64,000 nucleotides of DNA, from contig JBBDYA010000099.1 in NCBI GenBank assembly GCA_040902005.1, positions 1 to 64,000 of the forward strand. The letters are read 5' to 3'. The notes beneath the pieces were generated by a model, which did not search any database, was not told the DNA's origin, and saw only the letters and a list, made by a program, of their open reading frames with translations. Shown here one piece after another: positions 17,870 through 27,293 of the stretch (position 1 is the first letter of the stretch; the number at the start of each line of letters is the position of its first letter). Both the position numbers and the translations under genes were made by a program. The stretch comes from Gemmatimonadaceae bacterium. Its GTDB lineage: Bacteria; Gemmatimonadota; Gemmatimonadetes; Gemmatimonadales; Gemmatimonadaceae.

Positions 17870-20083
17870 ATGCCTGACCCCGCCCCGAAGACAGGCTACG
17901 CGTTCGGCACGTTCAAGGGCGTGTTCACGCCGAGCATTCTCACCATCCTCGGCGTGGTCATGTACCTGCGGATGGGGTGGGTGCTGGGGAACGTGGGGCT
18001 CCCCACTACGCTCGTCATCGTCACGCTCGCGAGTGGCATCACCTTCCTCACCGCCCTCTCGCTCGCCGCGCTCGCCACCAACATGAAGATCGGCGGCGGG
18101 GGCGCGTACTTCATCATCTCGCGCTCGCTTGGCGTGGAGGCGGGGGCCGCCGTCGGGCTGCCGCTGTACTTCGCACAGGCGCTGGGCATCGCCTTCTACA
18201 TCGCGGGGTTCTCCGAATCGCTGGTGCAGGTGTTTCCCGCGCTCGATCCGACGATGGTCGGTATGGTGACACTGCTGGTGCTCACGGCGCTGGTGTACGT
18301 CTCCGCCGACCTGGCGCTCAAGTCGCAGTTCGTGATCCTGGCGGCGATCGTCGCGTCACTCGTGTCCTTTTTTCTTGGCAGCGCGCCGGATGTGAGCACT
18401 CCCGGTTATGCGGAGTCGGTCGCCCGGTTGTCGTTCTGGCCCGTGTTCGCCGTGTTCTTCCCCGCCGTGACCGGAATCGAAGCGGGCATCGCGATGTCGG
18501 GCGACCTGAAGAATCCGGCGCGCTCGCTCCCGGTGGGGACAATTCTCGCCGTCCTCGCCGGCTACGCCGTGTACATGGCAATCCCGATCTTCCTCGACCG
18601 GCAGGGAGTGAGCGAACAGGCGCTGCTCACGGATCCGCTGGTCATGCAGAAGTCGGCGCGCTGGGGGAGCGCGGTGCTGGTGGGCATCTGGGCCGCGTCG
18701 CTGTCCAGCGCACTCGGTTCGCTGCTGGGCGCGCCGCGCACGCTCCAGGCCCTGGCACGGGATCGGGTGGTTCCGAGGTTCCTGGGCCAGGGCTTCGGCA
18801 AGTTCAACGACCCGCGCATCGCGACGACGATCTCGTTCGGCATCGGAGGCGTGGGCATCCTGCTGGGCGACCTGAATGCGATCGCGCCGATCCTGGCGAT
18901 GTTCTTCCTCACGTCCTACGGCGTGCTGAACCTGTCGGCCGGGCTGGAGGAGCTGATCTCGAATCCGGCCTGGCGCCCGCAGTTCCGCGTGCCCGCGTGG
19001 CTGCCGCTCACGGGATTCACCGCGTGTCTCGTGGTGATGCTGATGATCGCGCCCGGCGCGACGATCCTGGCGACGATCTTCTGCTCCGGGATCTACTATC
19101 TGATGAAGCGCCGCAGCATCCGCGCGCGCTGGGGCGACATGCGGCTGGGCTTCATGATGTTCATCTCGCGCGTGATTCTCCACCGCATGGAGGGGCTGCG
19201 GCTGGACGAGCGCACGTGGAAGCCGAACCTCCTCGTCTTGAGCGGGAGCCCCGCGTCACGCTGGCACCTCATCGAGCTGGCTGACGCGATTGCGCAGAGC
19301 CGCAGCTTCGTCACCGTGGCCACGTTCGTGCCCGAGGAAGACTGGAGCACGGAGCGGGTGGAGAAGCTTACCGACACCATTCGCGCCTACCTGGCCAAGC
19401 GCGGCGTGCCGGCGTTCATCCGGGCACTGCCGGCCGCCGATCCCTTCGCGGGCGCCGCGACGATGATCCGGTCGTACGGCTTCGGCCCGATCGTGCCCAA
19501 CACCATTCTCATCGGCGAAACCGCCAAGCCGTCGCGCTTTGTGGACTTCGCGAAACTCATCCAGCTCACAGCGCGATTGCACCGCAATCTGGTGATCATG
19601 CGGCAGCGCGCGGAGGTGACGGAACCGTCCGCCCGGCCGACGCGCTCGAAGGAACGGCGCATCGACCTGTGGTGGGCAGACCGATCGCCCCACACCGCCT
19701 TCATGCTCGCCGTGGCCATCCTGCTGCGGCGCAGCCGGGAATGGTACGGCTGCGCGCTGCACTTCAAGACGATCGTGGAGTCCGACGCGGAGAGCGGTGA
19801 GGCATCCGTGCGGATGAAAGCGTTCCTGAACGAGGCGCGTATCGCCGCTACCCCGGAAGTGCTCGTGCGCGGCGAGAGCGGGATCTTCGACGTGATCCGG
19901 AGCTCGTCGGCGGGCGCCGATCTCGTGTTCCTGGGGATGCGGCCGCCCCGCGACGACGAATCACCGGAGGACTACAGCACATACTACGAGCGCCTGATGC
20001 GCCAGACCGACACCTTCCCCGCCGTCGCGATGGTGATGGCCGGGGAAAAGCTGGACTTCCACCGCATTTTCCAGGTGGAGTAG
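17870..20083 (+). CDS. Cation-chloride cotransporter (SLC12/CCC-like APC permease)
   Basis: FGTFKGVFTPSILTILGVVMYLR, GGGAYFIISRSLG, FAVFFPAVTG, MSGDLKNP, WRPQF; soluble C-terminal domain with WKPNLLV and IDLWW. Confidence 0.88.
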   Translation: MPDPAPKTGYAFGTFKGVFTPSILTILGVVMYLRMGWVLGNVGLPTTLVIVTLASGITFLTALSLAALATNMKIGGGGAYFIISRSLGVEAGAAVGLPLYFAQALGIAFYIAGFSESLVQVFPALDPTMVGMVTLLVLTALVYVSADLALKSQFVILAAIVASLVSFFLGSAPDVSTPGYAESVARLSFWPVFAVFFPAVTGIEAGIAMSGDLKNPARSLPVGTILAVLAGYAVYMAIPIFLDRQGVSEQALLTDPLVMQKSARWGSAVLVGIWAASLSSALGSLLGAPRTLQALARDRVVPRFLGQGFGKFNDPRIATTISFGIGGVGILLGDLNAIAPILAMFFLTSYGVLNLSAGLEELISNPAWRPQFRVPAWLPLTGFTACLVVMLMIAPGATILATIFCSGIYYLMKRRSIRARWGDMRLGFMMFISRVILHRMEGLRLDERTWKPNLLVLSGSPASRWHLIELADAIAQSRSFVTVATFVPEEDWSTERVEKLTDTIRAYLAKRGVPAFIRALPAADPFAGAATMIRSYGFGPIVPNTILIGETAKPSRFVDFAKLIQLTARLHRNLVIMRQRAEVTEPSARPTRSKERRIDLWWADRSPHTAFMLAVAILLRRSREWYGCALHFKTIVESDAESGEASVRMKAFLNEARIAATPEVLVRGESGIFDVIRSSSAGADLVFLGMRPPRDDESPEDYSTYYERLMRQTDTFPAVAMVMAGEKLDFHRIFQVE

Positions 20084-21289
20084 CTAACGCGGCCACCCCG
20101 CCTGCGGCAGGCGCGGGGTGATCCGCAACGCGTTCTGATAGTAGACTTTCTTCAGTACCGCATCCGGCAGGTCGATGCCGTACAGCTTCCAGAAAGCGTG
20201 GTAGTCGCGGTAGTAGTCGAAGTAGTCGTCGCGCGTCTCGAACACGCGCCAGTAGTACGGATACTCCTCCGGCTGGTACGAGTCCTTCCCGAAGAGAATG
20301 CGGTCCTGGTACTTCACGAAAAAGTCGTGCGCGGCCCGCGGCTGGCGTCCGATGTCGTAGAGCACCGCCCCTACCTCTGCGTGCAGGTTCGGCATCGCGT
20401 CGAACATCCGGCCCAGACGCCCGAGGTCGTGCGTGTGCCACCCCATGTGTGCAGCGACGAACGTCGTGCGCGGGTTGCTGCGGAACAGGTTGTCCCGCTC
20501 CGTCATGAGCTCCTCGAAGTTCGGGTGCTCGTCCGGCGACACGCGCCGGTTCGAAAAGAGCGCCATTTCCAGCCATCGTTCGTTGGCGAAATCGAACGGC
20601 TGGTAGAACGCCGGCGGGTCGGCCGTATGGATGAAGACCGGGAGACGGAGCCGGGCGGCCGCGTCCCAGAGGGGCTTGAGATGGGGATCGTCGAGCGCCA
20701 GGCGTGAGCCGTCCGCCTTGCGATAGGACTGCCCGAATCCCTTCCCCACTTCGCCGATCCCGACCGCGCCAGCGGCGACATCTGCCTCGAGCTGTTGTAC
20801 CGCGCGCTCCGCCCAACCGGGGCCCACGTTCCTGAAGTCCACGCCGGTGAAAAAGCGCACGCGATCCTTCATCGCCGCGGACGCATTGACCGTGGCCATC
20901 GCACTCACGAGCGACGCGCCCGACGTGTTGTTCGCCGCGATCATGAGCCCGAGGTTCAGCGCGTCCATCTCCAGGCCAAGCTGGGCGAGCCCCTCGGGCG
21001 ATCCGACCTGCTGCCGCGGCGGATGCCCGTGAAAATCGATGGCGGGATACTTCGCGCGCGGTACCGGATGCTCCGGAACAACGAGCGTGGAGGTCGGGCG
21101 ATAGTCGAGGATGCTCGGCGGCGTCACGGCGGGCGCCATGCAGTTGAGGGGCCGAACCTCGGTCATCCCCGGCGGGCAGGACTGGCCCTGCTGGATCGGC
21201 GTGCCACGATTGCCGCCGGGCTGCGCCGCGAGCGTGTTGGCAGGCAGGAGGGCGGCCAGGACGACCGCGAAGACAGGGCGTGTTTTCAT
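20084..21289 (-). CDS. Exported amidohydrolase (Amidohydro_2 TIM barrel)
   Basis: Signal peptide; IDFHGH, PVFIHTAD, VAAHMG, QDRILFGKD, KKVYYQNA. Confidence 0.88.
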   Translation of the reverse strand: MKTRPVFAVVLAALLPANTLAAQPGGNRGTPIQQGQSCPPGMTEVRPLNCMAPAVTPPSILDYRPTSTLVVPEHPVPRAKYPAIDFHGHPPRQQVGSPEGLAQLGLEMDALNLGLMIAANNTSGASLVSAMATVNASAAMKDRVRFFTGVDFRNVGPGWAERAVQQLEADVAAGAVGIGEVGKGFGQSYRKADGSRLALDDPHLKPLWDAAARLRLPVFIHTADPPAFYQPFDFANERWLEMALFSNRRVSPDEHPNFEELMTERDNLFRSNPRTTFVAAHMGWHTHDLGRLGRMFDAMPNLHAEVGAVLYDIGRQPRAAHDFFVKYQDRILFGKDSYQPEEYPYYWRVFETRDDYFDYYRDYHAFWKLYGIDLPDAVLKKVYYQNALRITPRLPQAGWPR

Positions 21290-21312
21290 GGCTGACAAGA
21301 TACTGAATCCGG

Positions 21313-21672
21313 TCAGGTCTGGTGATCCTGCACCGGCACGACGCGCATGGCGGTGCCGTAGCACAACACCTCCGAGACGCCCGTCATGATCTCGGTGGCG
21401 TCGTACCGGACGCCAACGAGCGCATTGCCTCCCAGCGCCTCGGCGTGTGCGATGGCCTGGGCGAAGGCGTCAGCACGCGTCTGCTCGCACAGGTCCGCCA
21501 GGAGCGAGATGTCACCCCCGAAGAACTGCTGAATCTTCGCGCCGAAGAGACCAACAACGGATCGGGATCGCACCGTGATGCCGCGCACCACGCCCATGCG
21601 CTCGATGATGCGGTAGCCGTCGAGCTGGGTTTCGGTGGTGCTGAGGAATCGTGGTGCCGACAGTTGCGCCAT
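21313..21672 (-). CDS. YbjQ / UPF0145 family protein
   Basis: GVVRGITVRSRS, GGDI, GGNALVGVRYD, EVLCYGTA. Confidence 0.9.
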   Translation of the reverse strand: MAQLSAPRFLSTTETQLDGYRIIERMGVVRGITVRSRSVVGLFGAKIQQFFGGDISLLADLCEQTRADAFAQAIAHAEALGGNALVGVRYDATEIMTGVSEVLCYGTAMRVVPVQDHQT

Positions 21673-21764
21673 GGGAGGCCTCGCGAGTTGTGGAAGACGA
21701 TGCGCCACGACATCCTATCGGATTCCCCGCGCCGTTGGTTTCACGGAGCGATGCGGCGAAACGC

Positions 21765-23327
21765 TCAGCGTGAGCAGAGCTGACGACGTGGCAGCTCCGT
21801 CGTTCTTGGCTCCCACACCCCAAGGAACTGCACCGCGGGCGGAACGGTCGGCGCCAGGGTGATCGTCGCGCGAAGGTTGCCGCGCTCGCACGGCATCAGC
21901 CACGAGCCGCGCAGCGCGTTCTCCACGTAGTCGAACCCTGCCCCGACCCGGCACGCCCCCACCTTGTCGCGCAGCGTCGCGATCTGCGCGGCCCGGCGGT
22001 CCGGCGACTGATCGAGAAACAGGTTCACCGCCGCGACGCTGTCCGCGAGCGGCTGGTTCCAGCGCTGCACGAGTCGCGTGACGGCCGCGCGCGCCGACTC
22101 CAGCGCCGGCGACGGCTGCGGGACGCGCGGCTGGAGCGCTCCAGTGCCCTCCATCAGCCGAAGGGCCTGGTCCACGGGACCGCCGAATCCGGAGTAGGTG
22201 CGATTGCCGAACGCGATGAATCCCACGCCGTACTCGGGTAGCCAGCGCATGATCGAACCGAATCCGGGCAGGCCGCCGGTGTGCGCGACGATGTGCTCGA
22301 ACTGGCAGGTGCTCGAGATGCCGAGTCCGTAGCCATACCCGCCCGCGCTCAGTCGTGGCGCTCCGGCCGAGTCCACCCCGGCGAACGGCGAGCGTGGGTT
22401 GTGCACACGCTGCATCTCGCGCAACGACGCCCGACGCACCGGGCCAGTGTCAGATGCGCTGCTCGGCGGCCACGCGCCCAGCAGCGTGCCAACGTACGCG
22501 CCAAGGTCCTGGATGGACGTGAGCATCCCCCCCATCGCGCCAAAGGCGCCGTCGGCGAGCTGCGGCTCCAGCTTCCATTGTTCGTCCTCCCAGCGATACC
22601 CCTGTGCAAGCCGCGCGCTTGGCACCGACCTCGGCTCCATCGTGGTGGACGACATGCCGAGCGGACGCAGGATGTGCTGCGCGAGGTACGCGTTGTACGG
22701 CATCCCGGAAACGCGGCTCACGATGCGGCCAAGGATCGCGAAGCCGTAGTTCGAGTACTCGTACGCCACGCCGGGCGCGTTGGAGAACGGAATTCCCTGC
22801 CGCATGAGCGCCGACATCGAGTCGAAGGAGATGGCGAGCTGCTGGTCGCCCCACGGGTTGTCCTCGGGAAATCCGGTCGCGTGCGACAGCAGGTGCCTGA
22901 TCGTGATCCTCGGCGCGTCCGTCGTCGGGTAGGCGAGACCCGCGAGCTCTGGGACGTAGCGTTCCGCCGGATCGTCCAGCGCGAGCCGGCCCTCATCGCG
23001 CAACTTCAGGATGGCCATCGCGGTGAAGCTCTTGGTCATCGACGCGATGCGGAACACCGAGGTTGGTTCCACGGGCGCGTTGGTCGCGAGGTTCCGCACG
23101 CCGGTGACGCCGACGTGGACAAGCCGGCCGTCGATGATGATGCCCCACGCGGCGCCGGGCATGTGTTGCGCTGCCGCGTGTGCCCGGAAGGCGCTGTCGA
23201 TCGCCGGAAAGGTGTGTGCCAGCCTGGCCACGCGGTCGCGATCGGTGAAGCGCGCCTGCGCAGTTGCGTCGACCAACGCAATGCCGACAAGCACGATGGC
23301 GAGTGCGAGAACCGTGTTCTGTTTCAT
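21765..23327 (-). CDS. Exported serine hydrolase (beta-lactamase/PBP family)
   Basis: FRIASMTKSF (SxxK), LLSHATG, YEYSNYG, HTGGLPGF; signal peptide. Confidence 0.9.
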   Translation of the reverse strand: MKQNTVLALAIVLVGIALVDATAQARFTDRDRVARLAHTFPAIDSAFRAHAAAQHMPGAAWGIIIDGRLVHVGVTGVRNLATNAPVEPTSVFRIASMTKSFTAMAILKLRDEGRLALDDPAERYVPELAGLAYPTTDAPRITIRHLLSHATGFPEDNPWGDQQLAISFDSMSALMRQGIPFSNAPGVAYEYSNYGFAILGRIVSRVSGMPYNAYLAQHILRPLGMSSTTMEPRSVPSARLAQGYRWEDEQWKLEPQLADGAFGAMGGMLTSIQDLGAYVGTLLGAWPPSSASDTGPVRRASLREMQRVHNPRSPFAGVDSAGAPRLSAGGYGYGLGISSTCQFEHIVAHTGGLPGFGSIMRWLPEYGVGFIAFGNRTYSGFGGPVDQALRLMEGTGALQPRVPQPSPALESARAAVTRLVQRWNQPLADSVAAVNLFLDQSPDRRAAQIATLRDKVGACRVGAGFDYVENALRGSWLMPCERGNLRATITLAPTVPPAVQFLGVWEPRTTELPRRQLCSR

Positions 23328-23369
23328 GAGATCCCCCCGATCGGCCGCGTCAGCCGCATGCGCACCCCG

Positions 23370-24740
23370 TCAGCCGCCCATCAGCGACTGGATCTTGACG
23401 ACGATGATCAGCAGGATCGCGGCGGGGCACACCCACCGGACGAGAAAGCCCCACAGCTTCGCCATCGGAAAGCCAGCGCCTTCGGCGCGCAGTTCCTCGA
23501 GCGCCCCGTCCCCTTTCCAGACCCACCCGACGAAGATCGCGATGAAGAACCCGCCAATGGGCAGCGCCATCTCGTTCCAGATCGTGGCCATCAGGTCCAG
23601 GAAGCTCATGCCCACCCCGGGCAGCGCGCTGAAGAACGACGACGCACCGTTGCTGAGGGCGGACGGGATCGCGAGCGCCGCGGTGATCGCCGTGACCACC
23701 CACACCGCCCTGGTCCGGGTCCATCCGCGGCCGTCAATCAGGTGCGCTACCGGCACCTCGAGCAGCGAGATAGTGGACGTGATCGCCGCCACCGTCAGCA
23801 GCACGAAGAACGTGGCGCCAAAGAGGTGGCCGCCCGGCAGCGTATCGAAGAGCTGCGGAAGCACGGTGAAGATCAGGCCGGGCCCGCCCCCGGAGGGATC
23901 AAAGCCCGCGATCGAAAATCCGGCTGGAAAGATGATGAAGCCGGCGAGCAGCGCGACGCCCGTGTCCAGGATCACGACCCACATCGCGGCGTTGCCGATG
24001 CTCGTGCTCCGGGTGAGGTAGCTCCCGTAGGTAATCATCGCGCCCATGCCAAGACTCAACGAGAAGAAGGCCTGCCCCAGGGCCGCGTTCACGACGTTGA
24101 TGTCCAGCAGCTTGCTCATGTCGGGACGCAAATAATACGCGAGTCCCTGCTCCGCGCCCGGCAGCGTCACGGCCCGCACCGCGAGCACGATGAGCAGCAC
24201 CAGCAGCAGGGGCATCAGCACCTTCGTCACCCGCTCGATGCCGGACCGCACGCCGCCGAGGATGATCACGGCCGTGATACCCAGGATCACCACCGTGAGG
24301 CCGATGGACACCGGCGCGTTGCCCACGAAGTTGCCGAAGAACACGCCGATCTGGTCGCCCGTGCCCACCGCGCCCGTCGCCGCGAACCAGATGTAGGCGA
24401 GCGTCCACCCCGCGATCACCGAGTAGAACGACAGGATGCCAACGCCCGCCAGGATGCCGAGCAAGCCGGTGAGCCACCAGCGCCCACCTGGCTTGATGAC
24501 CCTGAACGCGGTCATCGGGTCCTTCTGCGCCCGTCGTCCGATCGCGAGCTCCGCGATCATGATCGGGGCGCAGATGAAGAAGACGCAGACGAGGTAGAGC
24601 AGGACGAACGCGGCGCCCCCGCCCCGTCCCACCTGCGTCGGGAAGCCCCAGATGTTGCCGAGTCCGACCGCCGAACCGGCGGCAGCGAGGATGAATCCGA
24701 GCCGGGAGCCCCAGGCGCCGCGGTCAGTCGTGGGTTGCAT
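23370..24740 (-). CDS. Sodium-dependent transporter (NSS/SNF family)
   Basis: WGSRLGFILAAAGSAVGLGNIW.FP, GQAFFSLSLGMG, GPGLIF. Confidence 0.95.
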   Translation of the reverse strand: MQPTTDRGAWGSRLGFILAAAGSAVGLGNIWGFPTQVGRGGGAAFVLLYLVCVFFICAPIMIAELAIGRRAQKDPMTAFRVIKPGGRWWLTGLLGILAGVGILSFYSVIAGWTLAYIWFAATGAVGTGDQIGVFFGNFVGNAPVSIGLTVVILGITAVIILGGVRSGIERVTKVLMPLLLVLLIVLAVRAVTLPGAEQGLAYYLRPDMSKLLDINVVNAALGQAFFSLSLGMGAMITYGSYLTRSTSIGNAAMWVVILDTGVALLAGFIIFPAGFSIAGFDPSGGGPGLIFTVLPQLFDTLPGGHLFGATFFVLLTVAAITSTISLLEVPVAHLIDGRGWTRTRAVWVVTAITAALAIPSALSNGASSFFSALPGVGMSFLDLMATIWNEMALPIGGFFIAIFVGWVWKGDGALEELRAEGAGFPMAKLWGFLVRWVCPAAILLIIVVKIQSLMGG

Positions 24741-24831
24741 TCGTCGTCAGGGACAGGGTAGACGGTTACGCGCGCAGCAATTGTATACGCTCGCCGGCCA
24801 GACCGCTATTGCGTCGCTGCGATCGGAGTGG

Positions 24832-27189
24832 TTACGGCTTCTTCGGCTCGTAACCGCGCAGGTGGATGACGAGCACGCCGCACTCTGCTCCGGTCGCATA
24901 CTTCAGCGGCACCTGCATCGGGCTGGCGTAGTACTCGATGGCTTCGATGTCGGCAGTGCGGATGCTGTTGACGTCGAACCGCGGCTCCTCGGGCCGGCCT
25001 GAATAGACCTGGAGCCTGCCGAGATACACGTTGGAGTAGCAGGCTGGTGGCGAGTCTGGCCGGTCGCGGCCGCGGCTTGTCGTAACCCACGCGATCTTGC
25101 CGGTACCAACCTGGATTCGAATGCCCAGCATCTGCGCGAGCACCGCGGAGGTGGTTCGCTGTTCCATCTTCTCCATGTCTGCCCGCGTGTAGAAGCGGCC
25201 TAGCCCCAGTCGGCGGTGCGCCTCGAAGTCGCGGTCGAGCGGCGCGGTCACGGCGATCGTGTCGAGCAGCTGGACGCGGCCGAGCTCGAACGTGCGCTCG
25301 ATCGTCTGGTGCGCCGCGAACGAGATGCTGTCGGTCACCGCCCGGTACCCGATCCGGCGCACCACCACCAGGTGCGTTCCGGCCGGGATCTCAGCCAGGC
25401 GGTACTGCCCCTGATCGTTCGTGAACGCATTCCGGTCCAGCGCCGGAATCGCCACCTCGACGTCGGCGAAGGGCTGCGCATTCACGTCGCTCAGCACCGC
25501 GCCCACGAGCGTCGCCCCGCGATCCGCGCTGCGATCGAGCGTGAAATCGGCGACCACCAGGCGTCGGTTCACGTGCAGGGCCAGCGGCTCGGCGCTGGCG
25601 CTGTCATTGCTCGCAAACAGTTGAATCGTCGTCTCGAGCGGTACCCCGCAGATCATGTAGTGGCCGCGCGCGTCCGTGTGCGCTTCCTTCAGCCCGGGTC
25701 GTTTCCCGGTCGGCGTTTCGATGTCCCACTGCGCCACGACGCGCGCGTCGCGCGCCTCCCGCGGAGGATCCGACCCGTCGGACAGGACCACCCTGCCCGA
25801 CACGATGCCGTCCGCCACGTTGCCGCACCGGGCGAGCGCCACCTGCTCGCCCGACGGCACGCGTATCGTCGCGGCGGCAGCCGGATCCGTGAACGCGTGC
25901 TCCACGGTGTGCGACGCGCCGACGGCGTGCAGCGACGGGGTGGTGACGTCCACCGCGTATTCGCCGGGGAGCACGTCCGTCAGCCGGAAGCGACCCAGGG
26001 CGTCGGTCTTCGCGCGGAGCATCGTGCCGCGCAGCGCTATCTGTGTGGCCGCAATACCGCGTCCGGTCAGGGAGTCCACGATGCGCCCGTCGAACGCGAG
26101 TGGTGGACGCGCCCACAGGGTATCTGGTCCGCGAACCACCAGCGCCAGCTCACCGCCCTTCACTCGCACCTCATCCACCCGGGTCTCGGCGGCGCGGCGC
26201 GAGCGGATACTGAAACCGCTGGAGGGCACGGTTCGAACCCGGAGGACAGGCATGCGAATGCTCCACGCCGAGATCACCCAGGCGCCGTTCTTCATTCGGG
26301 CCAACGCCACGTCACCCCCGGCGTCACCCGTCCGCTGCGGGTATGGGATGTTCGTGTAACGGAACACGAACTCGCGCAGTTCGGACGTGCGCCGGTCGAG
26401 CCACATGGTCCCTTCAATCCCCGAAATCGCGCTCCGTTCCGGCGTGGGCTCTAACGCGATGCCGATCAGCGCGGGGTCCCGGGAAGCCGTCAGCCGAAAA
26501 CAGTGATCGCTGGCGAAGGTCTCCGAGAGCAGGACGGCGACATCGGGGGCGTAGTACACCACTGCGTTCATTTCCTCCACGACGTATCCCGTCCGGCTCA
26601 ATTGCTCCGCGGAGGCGGAGGTCCACGGCCGGGCGGTGAGCCCCGAGGTGAGCTGATACATCTGGCTCTTCACGCGTCCGCGCCGGAGCGGATCGATCAC
26701 CCGGTCATACGAGACGAAGCGCGCACTCATCGCCCCGCTCCCCGCGGACAGCTCCGTGGCCATCAAGGCCGAACGGACCTGCTCCCAGACGGCGTGCGTG
26801 GCGGCCGCGGAATCAGGGCGCGTCTCGCAAATCGACCTGGCCGCCACACGCACGGTATCGAGCCGGAAGGGCAGCCCGGTCAGGACGACGCGTTGCGTGG
26901 TTTCCTCGTCGAGTTCGAGGCGCGCTGGGGCGGACGTGACCGGCGCGAAGCCGATGCGCAGCGTGCGCACCCGATAGGAACCGGCGCCCACGGCCGTCAG
27001 GAAGAAGGCGCCGCGTTCGTCGCTGAGGTCGCGCGCCACGACGGCGGACGCACTGTCGAGCAGGAGCACGACCACGCCGGGGATCGATTGACTGGTCGGA
27101 TCCACCACAACGCCACGAATCGTCTGCGCCGCGGCGAACCCGGGCATCATCGCGAGCCCGGCGATCGCGAGCACCCGACGCGCGTGCAT
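24832..27189 (-). CDS. Exported protein with several CarboxypepD_reg-like Ig domains and a C-terminal TonB-plug-like domain, with no barrel
   Basis: Repeats IRGVV..LSDERGAF, GRIVDS..TDALGRF, TDARGHY, TNDQGQY..RRIGY; tail GLGRFYTRAD...DIEAIEYY..P.QVP...CGVLVI. Confidence 0.75.
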   Translation of the reverse strand: MHARRVLAIAGLAMMPGFAAAQTIRGVVVDPTSQSIPGVVVLLLDSASAVVARDLSDERGAFFLTAVGAGSYRVRTLRIGFAPVTSAPARLELDEETTQRVVLTGLPFRLDTVRVAARSICETRPDSAAATHAVWEQVRSALMATELSAGSGAMSARFVSYDRVIDPLRRGRVKSQMYQLTSGLTARPWTSASAEQLSRTGYVVEEMNAVVYYAPDVAVLLSETFASDHCFRLTASRDPALIGIALEPTPERSAISGIEGTMWLDRRTSELREFVFRYTNIPYPQRTGDAGGDVALARMKNGAWVISAWSIRMPVLRVRTVPSSGFSIRSRRAAETRVDEVRVKGGELALVVRGPDTLWARPPLAFDGRIVDSLTGRGIAATQIALRGTMLRAKTDALGRFRLTDVLPGEYAVDVTTPSLHAVGASHTVEHAFTDPAAAATIRVPSGEQVALARCGNVADGIVSGRVVLSDGSDPPREARDARVVAQWDIETPTGKRPGLKEAHTDARGHYMICGVPLETTIQLFASNDSASAEPLALHVNRRLVVADFTLDRSADRGATLVGAVLSDVNAQPFADVEVAIPALDRNAFTNDQGQYRLAEIPAGTHLVVVRRIGYRAVTDSISFAAHQTIERTFELGRVQLLDTIAVTAPLDRDFEAHRRLGLGRFYTRADMEKMEQRTTSAVLAQMLGIRIQVGTGKIAWVTTSRGRDRPDSPPACYSNVYLGRLQVYSGRPEEPRFDVNSIRTADIEAIEYYASPMQVPLKYATGAECGVLVIHLRGYEPKKP

Positions 27190-27293
27190 CACGAGGGTGC
27201 CCTCGCAGCAGATGGCCGCATGCAACATCCGGAACATTGCCTCACGAAATCTCTCACCGCCAATACACGCCAGACCGCGACGTCCCCCCCCCC

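Noticed and set aside
21765..23327. True beta-lactamase resistance gene
   Set aside because: It has only generic serine-hydrolase motifs plus a long C-terminal extension; most such proteins are peptidases or esterases.
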